Below are positions 1-9,620 of a DNA stretch of 64,000 nt, one piece after another. Positions within the stretch are counted from its first letter, which is position 1. Each line of letters opens with the position of its first letter. The position numbers were made by a program, and so were the translations under genes. Below the pieces are notes generated by a model. The model made no database searches. It was not told the DNA's origin and saw only the letters and a list, made by a program, of their open reading frames with translations. The stretch is from Clostridia bacterium. GTDB taxonomy: Bacteria; Bacillota; Clostridia; Christensenellales; CAG-917. The stretch is from contig CAAFLX010000035.1 of NCBI GenBank assembly GCA_900763875.1, positions 14,553-78,552 on the forward strand. Direction: 5' to 3'.

Positions 1-195
1 GGCACGGGTGAAGTCATCGAACCCGAAAACGGAATCGTGGCAATCGGCAGTGGCGGAAACTATGCTTTGGCGGCGGCTCGCGCTCTTGCGGACGCAACCG
101 ATTTGAGCGCAAAGGACATCGCCTACAAAGCACTCAAAATCGCAAGCGAGATTTGCGTGTACACAAACGACCATATCACGGTCGAAACCGTTTGA
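1..195 (+). CDS. hslV: HslV (ClpQ) peptidase subunit, C-terminal fragment; 5' end outside window
   Basis: Frame 1 open from base 1 to TGA 193-195. Translation [30 protein letters not shown]...[15 protein letters not shown] resembles the conserved HslV C-terminus. Ends 10 nt upstream of hslU. Confidence 0.8.
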   Translation, partial: GTGEVIEPENGIVAIGSGGNYALAAARALADATDLSAKDIAYKALKIASEICVYTNDHITVETV

Positions 196-205
196 GAGGT
201 GAATT

Positions 206-1543
206 ATGGATTCAAACGTATTGACGCCAAAACAAATCGTTTCAGAACTCGATAGATACATCATCGGTCAACACGATGCAAAAGTCGCCGTGGCTATCGC
301 ACTTCGCAACAGGTATAGAAGAAGCAAACTTCCCGAGGAAATGCGCGAGGAAATCACGCCAAAAAACATCATTATGAAAGGGCCTACGGGCGTTGGTAAG
401 ACGGAAATTGCAAGAAGACTTGCAAAAGTCGTCAAAGCACCCTTTGTCAAGGTTGAGGCAACCAAGTTTACCGAGGTGGGCTACGTCGGGCGCGACGTCG
501 AAAGCATAATCCGCGACCTTGTTGAGGTTGCAATTCGCCTCGTCAAAGACGAGAAGTTCAAAGAGGTTATGCCAAGAGCCACCGAGATTGCAGAGAACAA
601 ACTTTGCGACATCTTGCTCCCCGTTCGCAAAAACGCGGCAGGCACAACCGACAAGAGCGACGCACAACTCAAAGAGGAGTTGTTGCAAGAAATTCGCGCA
701 GGACACCTTGACGGAATCACCATCGAAATGGAAATCCGCCAACAACCCAAGCCCATTCAACTTCAACCCGGCAACGCTCCCGGCAACGAAATCGACCTCG
801 GCAGCATATTCGGCGGTATGATGGGCAAAGCTCCCGTCAAAAAGAGAAAACTCACCGTCAAACAAGCAATGGACTTCATCATCAACCAAGAGGCAGAAAA
901 GATGGTGGATCAGGACGCAATCACGCAAGAGGCTTTGCAAAGAGCCGAGCAAGACGGCGTTGTGTTCCTTGACGAGATTGACAAAATCGCCGCAAACGAT
1001 CAAGGTCAACAGGGCGGTCACGACGTATCGCGCGAGGGCGTTCAAAGAGATATTCTCCCCATCGTCGAGGGCAGTACGGTGCAAACAAAATACGGTTCTA
1101 TCCGCACGGATTTCATTTTGTTTATCGCGGCGGGCGCGTTCCACATCTCTCGTATGGAGGATTTGATACCCGAACTTCAAGGCAGATTCCCCATTCGCGT
1201 GGAGCTTGACAACCTCACAAAAGACGACTTTGTCAAGATACTCACCGAGCCCGACAACGCCGTGCTCAAACAGTACAAGCAACTTCTCGGCGTGGACGGC
1301 GTATCCCTCAACTTCACCGACGAGGCGATAGACGAGATAGCAAGGGTTGCCTTCGAGGAGAACGAAAACAGCGAAAACCTTGGCGCGCGCCGCTTGCACG
1401 CAGTGCTCGAAGCACTCCTCAAAGACGTACTTTTCGAGGCGGACGACAACGTCACGACGGATATCAACATCGACAAAGCATACGTGGAGGCACATTTGAG
1501 CGCAACGCTCAAAGAACGCAATTTGCGTAGGTTCATAATCTAA
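206..1543 (+). CDS. hslU: ATP-dependent protease ATPase subunit HslU
   Basis: 445-aa ORF with RBS GAGAGGTG. LTPKQIVSELDRYIIGQ start, Walker A GPTGVGKTEIARRLA, Walker B VFLDEIDK, typical HslU length. Confidence 0.95.
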   Translation: MDSNVLTPKQIVSELDRYIIGQHDAKVAVAIALRNRYRRSKLPEEMREEITPKNIIMKGPTGVGKTEIARRLAKVVKAPFVKVEATKFTEVGYVGRDVESIIRDLVEVAIRLVKDEKFKEVMPRATEIAENKLCDILLPVRKNAAGTTDKSDAQLKEELLQEIRAGHLDGITIEMEIRQQPKPIQLQPGNAPGNEIDLGSIFGGMMGKAPVKKRKLTVKQAMDFIINQEAEKMVDQDAITQEALQRAEQDGVVFLDEIDKIAANDQGQQGGHDVSREGVQRDILPIVEGSTVQTKYGSIRTDFILFIAAGAFHISRMEDLIPELQGRFPIRVELDNLTKDDFVKILTEPDNAVLKQYKQLLGVDGVSLNFTDEAIDEIARVAFEENENSENLGARRLHAVLEALLKDVLFEADDNVTTDINIDKAYVEAHLSATLKERNLRRFII

Positions 1544-1561
1544 AAACGCTAGAGGCATAAC

Positions 1562-2812
1562 ATGATAAACATACCCAAGGGCACAAAAGACATGCTTCCT
1601 CAAGAGGCATACAAGTGGCACTACGTCGAGAGCGTGGCAAGAGAGGTTGCGGCTTGTTTCGGTTTCAAGGAAATCCGCACCCCTATGTTCGAGCATACCG
1701 AGCTGTTTTTGAGGGGCGTGGGCGAGACCACGGACATCGTGACAAAGGAAATGTACACCTTTGACGACAAGGGCGGCAGAAGTATGACTCTCCGTCCCGA
1801 AGGCACGGCAGGCGTTGCGCGCTGTTTCATCGAAAACGGCTTGCACCAAGGCGTTATCCCTATGAAGGCGTATTATCTTGCAAGCATTTTCCGCTATGAG
1901 AAACCCCAAAACGGCAGATTGCGCGAACACCACCAATTCGGCGTTGAATGTTACGGCTCTGATTCTCCTAGCGCGGACGCCGAAGTCATTACGCTCGCAT
2001 CGACGTTTTTGAGGAAAGTGGGGCTTAAAAGCCTCGAACTCAACCTCAACAGCATAGGCTGTCCCAAGTGCCGCGCCGAATACAACAAGGCGTTGAAAGA
2101 GTACATCGGCGCAAATTTGCACCTTATGTGCGGTCAATGTCAGGCAAGATTTGACAAAAATCCCTTGCGTATTCTCGATTGCAAAGAGGAAAAATGCAAG
2201 CAAATCACCCTCAACGCGCCCAAAATCACCGACTATCTGTGCGACGATTGCAGAGCGCATTTTGAAGAAGTGCAACGCATATTGACCTCTCTCGGCATCG
2301 AATTCAAAGTCAATCCGGGCATAGTTCGCGGTCTTGATTATTACACTCGCACGGTTTTCGAGTTTGTATCCACCGACATCGGAGCGCAAGGCACGGTGTG
2401 CGGCGGCGGAAGATACAACAACCTCGTCGAGGAAGTGGGCGGCAAACCTACGCCTGCGGTGGGATTCGGTTTGGGCATCGAAAGACTTTTGCTCGTGCTT
2501 GAAAACACCGACAATCTCGCGGCAAAAGAGGAGTGTATCGACGTGTATATCGCGCCTATGGGCGAGAGAGCGCAGGATATGGCGAGAAAGCTTGTGTTCG
2601 ATATGCGCAACGCAGGCATAAAAGCCGAAACCGACATTATGAACAGAGGTCTTAAAGCGCAAATGAAGTACGCAGACCGCACGGGCGCAAGGTTCGTGTG
2701 CGTGCTTGGCGACGACGAGATCGACAAGGGCGTGGTAAACGTCAAGAGAATGAGCGACGCCAATGTCGAGCAGTGCCCGATAAGCGAGCTTTGCAGGTAT
2801 TTTGAAAAATGA
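1562..2812 (+). CDS. hisS: Histidine--tRNA ligase
   Basis: 416-aa ORF with class II HisRS motifs (LRPEGTAGVAR, YYTRTVFEF, GGGRYN). Confidence 0.95.
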   Translation: MINIPKGTKDMLPQEAYKWHYVESVAREVAACFGFKEIRTPMFEHTELFLRGVGETTDIVTKEMYTFDDKGGRSMTLRPEGTAGVARCFIENGLHQGVIPMKAYYLASIFRYEKPQNGRLREHHQFGVECYGSDSPSADAEVITLASTFLRKVGLKSLELNLNSIGCPKCRAEYNKALKEYIGANLHLMCGQCQARFDKNPLRILDCKEEKCKQITLNAPKITDYLCDDCRAHFEEVQRILTSLGIEFKVNPGIVRGLDYYTRTVFEFVSTDIGAQGTVCGGGRYNNLVEEVGGKPTPAVGFGLGIERLLLVLENTDNLAAKEECIDVYIAPMGERAQDMARKLVFDMRNAGIKAETDIMNRGLKAQMKYADRTGARFVCVLGDDEIDKGVVNVKRMSDANVEQCPISELCRYFEK

Positions 2813-3231
2813 CCGAGAGAGGAATGGTTGCAAAAATCAAGGGCAATAAAGCCACAGTGCGATTTGACAGGCGCAGTGCGTGCGACAAGTGCCATATGTG
2901 CGCCGTCACCAAGGACGGTATGAAAGTGGAAGTCGTTGTCGAAAATACGCTCGGAGCAAACGTCGGCGATTACGTCGAAGTGGAAATGGGCGAAAAGTAT
3001 GTTCTTACGGCGGCGGCTATCGTCTATGTGATACCTCTTGTGCTTATCGGCGTAGGCATCGGCATAGGCACGCTCATCAACGAGCTTGCCCAAGCCCTAT
3101 TCGCCCTCGGCGGACTTATTGTAGGCTTTGTGATTGCAATCTTGCTCGACAAGCTCGTGATACGCAAAAAGAAAGGCTTTACGCCTCGAATGACGGCAAT
3201 TTGCACCCAAACAACCGAAAATATTCAATAA
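2809..3231 (+). CDS. RseC/MucC (SoxR-reducing system) family membrane protein
   Basis: 140 aa. N-terminal Cys motif CDKCHMC in a small beta domain, followed by two hydrophobic helices. ATGA overlap with the hisS stop; an alternative start at 2824 is possible. Confidence 0.7.
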   Translation: MTERGMVAKIKGNKATVRFDRRSACDKCHMCAVTKDGMKVEVVVENTLGANVGDYVEVEMGEKYVLTAAAIVYVIPLVLIGVGIGIGTLINELAQALFALGGLIVGFVIAILLDKLVIRKKKGFTPRMTAICTQTTENIQ

Positions 3232-3255
3232 AATTTCTATATAAGGAGTAACCGT

Positions 3256-3573
3256 ATGTCTGATTATATCACTTTGAACGAGCAGAATTTTGACGAAGTG
3301 ACGTCCAAAGGCGTTGTCCTTGTGGACTTTTGGGCGACTTGGTGCGGCCCTTGCAAGATGATGGCGACAAACGTTGATGCTATTGCCACGGATTATAAGG
3401 GCAGAGCCGTTGTCGGAAAAGTGGACGTTGACGCTTGTCCGACTCTTGCAGAGCGTTTCGGAATTATGTCCATTCCGACTCTTATCGTATTCAAGGACGG
3501 CAAGAGGGTTGACCATCTTGTCGGTTATCGTTTGAAAGGGCAAATCGCAGAGGTTTTGGACAAATACCTCTAA
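3256..3573 (+). CDS. trxA: Thioredoxin
   Basis: 105 aa, WCGPCK active site, RBS AAGGAG. Confidence 0.9.
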   Translation: MSDYITLNEQNFDEVTSKGVVLVDFWATWCGPCKMMATNVDAIATDYKGRAVVGKVDVDACPTLAERFGIMSIPTLIVFKDGKRVDHLVGYRLKGQIAEVLDKYL

Positions 3574-3631
3574 AATGGCGAGCGAGTCGTTTGTGATTGC
3601 GCTCAACCAAATTTGAAAACAAAACTATGTT

Positions 3632-3660
3632 TTGACATATCGTCGGCATTGCGATATGCT
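3632..3660 (+). promoter_or_regulatory. Sigma-A-like promoter upstream of glyA (TTGACA-17-TATGCT)
   Basis: TTGACA at 3632-3637, 17-nt spacer, TATGCT at 3655-3660, 42 nt upstream of the glyA ATG. Confidence 0.45.
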
Positions 3661-3701
3661 TTGCATTGCCGAAAAAATACATTTAAGGTGGAACACGACA
3701 G

Positions 3702-4958
3702 ATGATTGATTTGAAAAGTATAAAGCAAGTTGATCCCGAACTTTATGAGTCAATGCTCAAGGAACTTGAGCGTCAACAACACAATCTCGAGCTTATCGCC
3801 AGCGAGAACATCGTATCCGAAGCGGTGCTTGCCGCGGCAGGTTCGTTTTATACCAACAAGTATGCAGAGGGTTATCCCGGCAAGAGATATTACGGCGGTT
3901 GCGAATACGTGGACGTTGCAGAGGAGCTTGCAATCGAGCGCGCAAAAAAACTGTTCGGAGTCAAGTATGCCAACGTTCAACCGCACTGCGGCTCAAACGC
4001 AAACTTTGCCGCATACTATGCGCTTTTGAACAGCGGCGACACCGTTTTGGGAATGACGCTTGCAGACGGCGGACACCTCACGCACGGCGCAAAAGTGAAT
4101 ATGAGCGGCAAACTTTTCAACTGTGTCGGCTATGGCATTGACCCCGAAACCGAACTTATCAACTATGACAAAGTGCGCGAAATCGCACTTGAATGCAAGC
4201 CCAAGCTCATCGTCGCAGGCGCAAGTGCCTATCCGAGATTTATCGACTACAAGAAATTCAGAGAAATTGCGGACGAAGTGGGCGCATACCTTATGGCGGA
4301 CATCGCTCACGTCGCGGGTATGGTGGCTGTCGGACTGCACCCAAGCCCCGTCGGCTATGCGCACGTCATCACCACCACCACGCACAAGACCTTGAGAGGG
4401 CCAAGAGGCGGTCTTATCCTTTGCGACGACGAGGAAATCGCCAAAAAAATAAACAAAGCCATATTCCCGGGCAGTCAAGGCGGGCCGCTTATGCACATCA
4501 TCGCCGCAAAAGCCGTGGCGTTCAAGGAGGCTCTCACTCCCGAATTTAAGGAGTATCAAGCCCAACTTCTCAAAAACGCAAAGGTTATGGCGGACAGACT
4601 TCAACAAAGAAGTTTGCGCCTCGTCAGCGGCGGTACCGACAACCATATGATGCTCATCAACCTTGTCGGTAGCGGCGTAAACGGCAAGCAACTCGAAACG
4701 TGGCTGGATATGGCGCACATCACCGCCAACAAGAACTCCGTGCCCAACGAGCCGTTGCCGCCGTCCCTCACAAGCGGTTTGAGAGTGGGCACTCCGGCTG
4801 TCACGACAAGAGGTATGAAAGAGGACGATATGGTCAAAATTGCCGATATGATTGCCGACGTCATCGAGGGCGGCGAAAGTGCGATTGAAAGCGTCAAAGC
4901 GCGTGCAATCGCTCTTTGCGACGAGCACCCTATCTACAAAGATATCGTTGAGTTTTAA
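3702..4958 (+). CDS. glyA: Serine hydroxymethyltransferase
   Basis: 418 aa. SHMT signatures GGHLTHG and [14 protein letters not shown] (PLP lysine). Confidence 0.95.
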   Translation: MIDLKSIKQVDPELYESMLKELERQQHNLELIASENIVSEAVLAAAGSFYTNKYAEGYPGKRYYGGCEYVDVAEELAIERAKKLFGVKYANVQPHCGSNANFAAYYALLNSGDTVLGMTLADGGHLTHGAKVNMSGKLFNCVGYGIDPETELINYDKVREIALECKPKLIVAGASAYPRFIDYKKFREIADEVGAYLMADIAHVAGMVAVGLHPSPVGYAHVITTTTHKTLRGPRGGLILCDDEEIAKKINKAIFPGSQGGPLMHIIAAKAVAFKEALTPEFKEYQAQLLKNAKVMADRLQQRSLRLVSGGTDNHMMLINLVGSGVNGKQLETWLDMAHITANKNSVPNEPLPPSLTSGLRVGTPAVTTRGMKEDDMVKIADMIADVIEGGESAIESVKARAIALCDEHPIYKDIVEF

Positions 4959-5577
4959 GAAGTCGGCATAGCCGAGATACAACTTCGTAACCTGCAAACG
5001 CAACGGGAGAGAACGTCTCTCGTTGCGTTTTTGCTTTTTCTTGCGTTGTTTCTTTTTCACTTTGCCGAGCGTTTTGACAATTCAAATCTTCTTGCATTTT
5101 TTCAGGAGAAGAGTTGTTTTGTAAGTTTTGTGGAGAGGAGCTGTTTTGTGTATTTTGTGAGGCAGAGTCGTTTTGTGTATTTTGTTGGGCAGAGCCGTTT
5201 TGCGCGTTTAGATTTGCGGTTTTGCCGCCTTGTCTATTTGCAATCGACGTCACAAGCGGCAGCAAGGACGCAATATCCGCCTTGCCCCCTTGCATATTCG
5301 CAAGCATTGCCAACATCGGGTTTTGAGATGCAAGTCCTTTTAGGATCTCCGCTTGCGCGCTCGGCTTTTCTTGTTTGTCAAAATCAAACTTAATTTGCTC
5401 TCCGATGCCGTTTTGACGGGCGAAAGCCGACTGCTCGCTCCGTTTATCGTCTTGTGTGCGTTCGGACGAATTTTGGGCGTTTGGCGGCTCTTGCGAGGCG
5501 TTTTGCGTTTTGTTCTCGCAATTTTTTTGAGATAACAGCTGCATAAGCATAGAAATCGTGTTCATATCCAAATTCAT
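4930..5577 (-). CDS. Hypothetical Q/N/S-rich low-complexity protein
   Basis: 215-aa ORF with RBS AGGTGGAG. Contains 9-aa repeats ([27 protein letters not shown]). Its 3' end reads through the glyA terminator and overlaps glyA by 29 nt, so the true C-terminus is uncertain. Confidence 0.5.
   Translation of the reverse strand: MNLDMNTISMLMQLLSQKNCENKTQNASQEPPNAQNSSERTQDDKRSEQSAFARQNGIGEQIKFDFDKQEKPSAQAEILKGLASQNPMLAMLANMQGGKADIASLLPLVTSIANRQGGKTANLNAQNGSAQQNTQNDSASQNTQNSSSPQNLQNNSSPEKMQEDLNCQNARQSEKETTQEKAKTQRETFSPVAFAGYEVVSRLCRLLKTQRYLCR
4996..5040 (+). terminator. Rho-independent terminator after glyA
   Basis: Stem AAACGCAACGGGAGAG / TCTCTCGTTGCGTTT with AACG loop, followed by TTTTTGCTTTTT. 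Confidence 0.7.
5105..5212. repeat. Four degenerate 27-nt tandem repeats (coding)
   Basis: Units at 5105-5131, 5132-5158, 5159-5185 and 5186-5212 (GGAGAnGAGnTGTTTTGTnnATTTTGT-like). They encode the Q/N-rich 9-aa repeats on the minus strand. Confidence 0.8.
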
Positions 5578-5633
5578 ACTCCACCTGTCACAACCATTTT
5601 ATGCGCTCATATATTGAATGTGCGGAGGAAATT

Positions 5634-5882
5634 ATGAATTTTTACGACTTCAACGGCAACCAAGGTCAATCTAGCGGCGGTTTCGAGGACAAATTCGCCG
5701 CCTATTCGCAAAAGAGCGAGGACGAGCTTACTGCGCAACTTATCGAGGTTGCAAAGCGTATGAAAGCCGAGGGGACGTTCAATCCCCAATCCCTTGAAAA
5801 CTTGTATAACACCGCCTATCCGATGCTCAACGACGAGCAAAGACGGCGCATGCGCGACATAATCGACGCGCTCAAAGCCTAG
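5634..5882 (+). CDS. Small hypothetical protein (82 aa)
   Basis: ATG at 5634 preceded by GCGGAGGAA; the ORF track starts at 5601. Helical, charged sequence. Divergent from the Q/N-rich gene and 9 nt upstream of the S8 peptidase gene. Confidence 0.55.
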   Translation: MNFYDFNGNQGQSSGGFEDKFAAYSQKSEDELTAQLIEVAKRMKAEGTFNPQSLENLYNTAYPMLNDEQRRRMRDIIDALKA

Positions 5883-5891
5883 CGAGGGAGT

Positions 5892-7037
5892 ATGGACAAA
5901 ATCGACGCGCGTATAATCGAAAAGCTCAAAAGCTCGGCAAAAACCTCAAACTCCCTTGTCAAAACACTTGAAAAGGACGAGGGACAAGCGGACGCTCTCG
6001 TGAGGGTACGCAACCCGTTGCAACTCGGGCTTTTAGAGCGCAATTTCGAGGTGGTGGCAAGTTATCCGTTCATACGCTCGGTGGGCATAAAGTGCGGTCT
6101 TAAAGAGGCAATTTGCCTTGAGCGCATGAGCGAGGTTGAGTATGTATGCGCTCAAAGCACGGTTTGCACGCTTGCGGCAAAGGAAGATTATGAGAATGTG
6201 CAAAATGCGGATTTTCGGCTATCTAACCGTTCGTTTTATCCGATTCCGAGTTTTGACGGCGAGCTTGACGGCAGAGGAGTAACCCTCTGCGTTATGGACA
6301 CGGGGATATCGCCACACCTTGATTTGTGTATGCCCCAAAATCGCATAATCGAGGCGGTGGACTTTGTCGGCGGACAAAAATATGCCTATGACGACAACGG
6401 ACACGGCACGTTTGTCGCAGGAGTTGCGTGCGGCAACGGCATATCATCTGCAAGGAGTTTGCAAGGCGTTGCGCCAAAAGCCAATTTGCTCTCGCTCAAA
6501 GTCATAGAAAAAAACGGAGAGAGCGGAACTTTCAAAATTCTTGACGGCATGCAGTGGCTCTTTGACAACTTCCGCCGCTACGGGGTTAGAGTTGTGTGTA
6601 TGAGCTTCGGCGCAGAGCCGTTCGAATATGCCGACCCGTTGAAAATCGGCGCAGAGATGCTTGCTCGCAGCGGACTTATCGTGGTGGCGGCGTCGGGCAA
6701 CAGCGGTGCAAACACGCTCAAATCGCCTGCAATCAGCAACGAGGTCATCGCCGTGGGAGCGGCGGACTCAAACGACAAAGTTGCGGATTTTTCGTCACGT
6801 GGCAGTTATAATGGTATAAGCCGTCCCGACGTGTACGCAATCGGCAAAAACGTCAAAGGACTTCAAGCAGGAGGCGTGTACTCATATATGAGCGGAACGT
6901 CCGTTGCCGCGCCATACGTTGCAGGCGCATGTTGTTTGCTTTGTCAAAAGTATAAAAACATCACACCGTTTCAAGCAAAAACCGCCATTCTAAACGCATC
7001 AATCGAGTTGAACGGTGCAAAGATATTCAAGTTGTGA
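5892..7037 (+). CDS. S8 family (subtilisin-like) serine peptidase with propeptide-like N-terminus
   Basis: 381 aa. Catalytic triad contexts VMDTGI (Asp), DDNGHGTFVAG (His), SGTSVAAPYVAG (Ser). Confidence 0.85.
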   Translation: MDKIDARIIEKLKSSAKTSNSLVKTLEKDEGQADALVRVRNPLQLGLLERNFEVVASYPFIRSVGIKCGLKEAICLERMSEVEYVCAQSTVCTLAAKEDYENVQNADFRLSNRSFYPIPSFDGELDGRGVTLCVMDTGISPHLDLCMPQNRIIEAVDFVGGQKYAYDDNGHGTFVAGVACGNGISSARSLQGVAPKANLLSLKVIEKNGESGTFKILDGMQWLFDNFRRYGVRVVCMSFGAEPFEYADPLKIGAEMLARSGLIVVAASGNSGANTLKSPAISNEVIAVGAADSNDKVADFSSRGSYNGISRPDVYAIGKNVKGLQAGGVYSYMSGTSVAAPYVAGACCLLCQKYKNITPFQAKTAILNASIELNGAKIFKL

Positions 7038-8154
7038 TTTCCTTGAAAATCTGCTCAACTGCACTCAAAAAATAGGCCATTTCTCTATCTTGCGTGTCGC
7101 AACCTATGCTTGCTCGCACTCCGCCTTGCAACGACGTGCCAAGTTGCTTATGCACAAGGGGAGCGCAATGAAAACCGCCTCGCACGCAAATTCCCATATC
7201 GTTGAGCTTGTCCGCAACGTATCCGCTGTCGGCGTTTGACAAATTGAAACATACAACGCCCGTTTGCGTGTCTTTCGTATATATTGTTGCTCCGAGGTGT
7301 TCAAGCCCGTAAATCAGGCTTTTCGTTATTCTATCCGTATTTTTTCTTATATTTTCGATGTTGTCAAAAGTCCATTTCGCGCCTTGGTGCAGTGCGCATA
7401 TACCGCCCGAAAATTGCGTACCTGCCTCAAACGAGTCGGGCATTTCCACGCTTGGCGCAACCTCGTTTGAAAATGTCCCAGTACCGCCGTACAGCAGGGG
7501 CGCAAGCCTCAAATCTTTTCGCACAATCAAACAACCGACTCCTTGAATGCCGTGCAGACCTTTATGTGCAGGAAGCGCAAGCATCGAGATTCCGCTATCT
7601 TTCAAATTTAGCGGCACAATAGGCGCGCTTTGCGCGCCGTCAACAACCAAAATCTTGCCGTTTTTCTTGCAAAAATCGGCAATGTTTTCAATATCGCATA
7701 TCGCGCCCGTGACGTTGCACGCACCGCCGAACGCGAGTATATCCGCACTTTTTCCTCTTTTTGCCACTTGGTCAAATTCTACTTTCCCAACGCTGTTTGC
7801 CGAGATTATATCAAGCTCGATTTTCCCCTCGTTTTTCAGCTTGAAAAGAGGACGGAGCACAGAATTATGCTCGTTTGTGCTTGTCAAAACTCTCTCGCCG
7901 CCTTGAATCGTTCCAAACAATGCAAGATTCAACGCTTCCGTGCAGTTTTTTGTGAATATCAAAGAGTAATCGTCCTCGCCGCCGAACGCCGACAAAAGAT
8001 AGTTGCGACACTTTTGTATGCGGATTGACTTGTCAACCGCCTCATCGTGACCGCCTCGTCCGCTGTTTGCCGAGTGTCTAACGTCAAAAAGCAGTGCGTC
8101 GATGGCGCATTTTGGCTTAAATCGTGAAGTTGCGGCATTGTCGAAATAAATCAT
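7027..8154 (-). CDS. Class V aminotransferase-fold / cysteine desulfurase family protein
   Basis: 375 aa. MIYFDNAATS start, PLP-lysine context LPAHKGLHG, C-terminal RGGFHCAP Cys motif. Overlaps the convergent S8 gene by 11 nt. Confidence 0.85.
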   Translation of the reverse strand: MIYFDNAATSRFKPKCAIDALLFDVRHSANSGRGGHDEAVDKSIRIQKCRNYLLSAFGGEDDYSLIFTKNCTEALNLALFGTIQGGERVLTSTNEHNSVLRPLFKLKNEGKIELDIISANSVGKVEFDQVAKRGKSADILAFGGACNVTGAICDIENIADFCKKNGKILVVDGAQSAPIVPLNLKDSGISMLALPAHKGLHGIQGVGCLIVRKDLRLAPLLYGGTGTFSNEVAPSVEMPDSFEAGTQFSGGICALHQGAKWTFDNIENIRKNTDRITKSLIYGLEHLGATIYTKDTQTGVVCFNLSNADSGYVADKLNDMGICVRGGFHCAPLVHKQLGTSLQGGVRASIGCDTQDREMAYFLSAVEQIFKEITT

Positions 8155-8255
8155 TTCATGTCCCTATCTATGCAACTTATGCGATTTGGCACGAAAAATG
8201 TGTGTTGAAAATATATTAAAATAAAGAGCGGCTACATATATTTTCGGAGGGGATT

Positions 8256-8504
8256 ATGAGAGAATTTTTCGTTGCGTTCCGCTCGCGCGCCGAAGCCGTG
8301 CGATTTTATGAAGACCTTGCCACTTATCACGTGTCGTGCAAACTTATCAACACGCCATCATCCGCAAAGGTGGGGTGCGGCTTGTCAGTCAAACTTTTTT
8401 CAAAAGATATGCCGCAGGCAAAAATCGTCTTGCAGCGAGGCAGGTACGCCTCTGCGATAGGTTTTTACTACTTTGGCACAAGCGGCAACGCAATTCGACT
8501 TTGA
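8256..8504 (+). CDS. DUF3343-like putative S/Se carrier protein
   Basis: 82 aa, RBS GGAGGGG. Pattern F..F.S...A......L........LI.TP......CGLS is typical of DUF3343. Divergent from the class V aminotransferase gene. Confidence 0.65.
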   Translation: MREFFVAFRSRAEAVRFYEDLATYHVSCKLINTPSSAKVGCGLSVKLFSKDMPQAKIVLQRGRYASAIGFYYFGTSGNAIRL

Positions 8505-8554
8505 AAAAATGACCGCTCTTAAAAAAATTTTCAGTTGCAACCGAAAGTGAAACG

Positions 8555-9508
8555 TTAGCTTTGGGTTTTGTCGTCGCCCTTAACGGTTGATGAGTTGCCA
8601 TCGTCATTCGACTCGCTGCCTTCGTCATTCGACTTGCCGTCATTATCGTTTGACTTGCCGTCCTCGTTGTATGACTCGCTGTCCTTATCGGTTGGCGCGC
8701 CGTCCTGACTTGTTGGCTCGCTGTTCTCGTCGTTTGTCTTGCCGTCCTCTTTTTCAAGTTCGTCAAACACTTTTGGCGTTGACAGCGAGCCGTTGCCAAG
8801 GGGCGTGAGGGCGAGAAGGGAAAGCAACAACAAAATCGTGCCCGACACTATATAATAAATTTTCAGGGGAGTGAGGAATGACGCACCCAAAAGCACCGCT
8901 CCCGAAAAGACGTAGTTTTTGAAGTTGCGGCGAGAGAGTATCGCTCCAATCAAGAGTGAAAGCGAAAACTTTGTCTTTTCTTTTTTCAAGACGGGCAGGG
9001 CGTCGTGCTTTGCAAGAAACTTGAACACCTGCTTGGTTTTGACGATTTCCATTTTTATATCTTGAAGATTTGCAACTTGCCACGCCTTTCTGTCAACGGC
9101 TTTTGCAATGAGATATACGTGGTTTTTTTCGTGCTTTTTTGCAAGTTTACACACGCTTGCCACGTCGTTTCCGCCGAGCGGTGAAAACTTGAAATTTGCA
9201 ATAATAACACTATTTTCAAGCAAAATATAATTGCCACCATTCTCGATTTTGTTGTTTTTTAGACAACTTTTGAGCAAATCAACGACATATTCACCACCTC
9301 TTATGCAAAACTCCGTTTCCAACCTATCGTATGTATAAGGTTTGTGATTGCGCTTTGAAAAGTGGTGCAAACTTATCATAATCAAAAGAGAAAAAGCACA
9401 GGAAAATATCAGTGCACCGATTGCGTTTTTGAATGCGAGCGTTGCAAAAACAAAACTTAAAAGCAACACGATTATGCTTGCAAATATACAGTCTATCACC
9501 TTTGCCAT
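8555..9508 (-). CDS. Hypothetical membrane protein with D/N/S/G/K-rich C-terminal tail
   Basis: 317 aa. Two N-terminal and two central hydrophobic helices around a soluble segment of about 130 aa. Tail repeats DGKSNDNDGKSNDEGSESNDDGNS. Confidence 0.6.
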   Translation of the reverse strand: MAKVIDCIFASIIVLLLSFVFATLAFKNAIGALIFSCAFSLLIMISLHHFSKRNHKPYTYDRLETEFCIRGGEYVVDLLKSCLKNNKIENGGNYILLENSVIIANFKFSPLGGNDVASVCKLAKKHEKNHVYLIAKAVDRKAWQVANLQDIKMEIVKTKQVFKFLAKHDALPVLKKEKTKFSLSLLIGAILSRRNFKNYVFSGAVLLGASFLTPLKIYYIVSGTILLLLSLLALTPLGNGSLSTPKVFDELEKEDGKTNDENSEPTSQDGAPTDKDSESYNEDGKSNDNDGKSNDEGSESNDDGNSSTVKGDDKTQS

Positions 9509-9620
9509 GCCTATATTTTTGCCTCAAACGCGCAACAAAATACGCCTCGAATTTTCAAAAATCTTTCGCACCTAGCGTCGGTTTCTTGATATAATTTCAA
9601 GATAGGTGTATAATCGAAGT

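Noticed and set aside
242-2833. Very long antisense ORFs: 242-2833(-), 17398-18333(-), 24749-25999(-), 26030-26719(-), 26762-27652(-), 30284-31780(-), 31802-33166(-), 37170-38978(+), 43959-44690(-), 45276-45971(-), 46287-47618(-), 51492-52367(-), 59637-60251(-)
   Set aside because: Each lies opposite a gene with unmistakable conserved motifs (hslU/hisS, ddl, rluD, ABC exporter, dnaK, dnaJ, the 1528-aa phosphoesterase, the P-type ATPase, the flavoenzyme, tig and others). Their translations are Arg/His/Cys/Val-rich with no recognisable motif and no RBS. They are shadow ORFs typical of this base composition.
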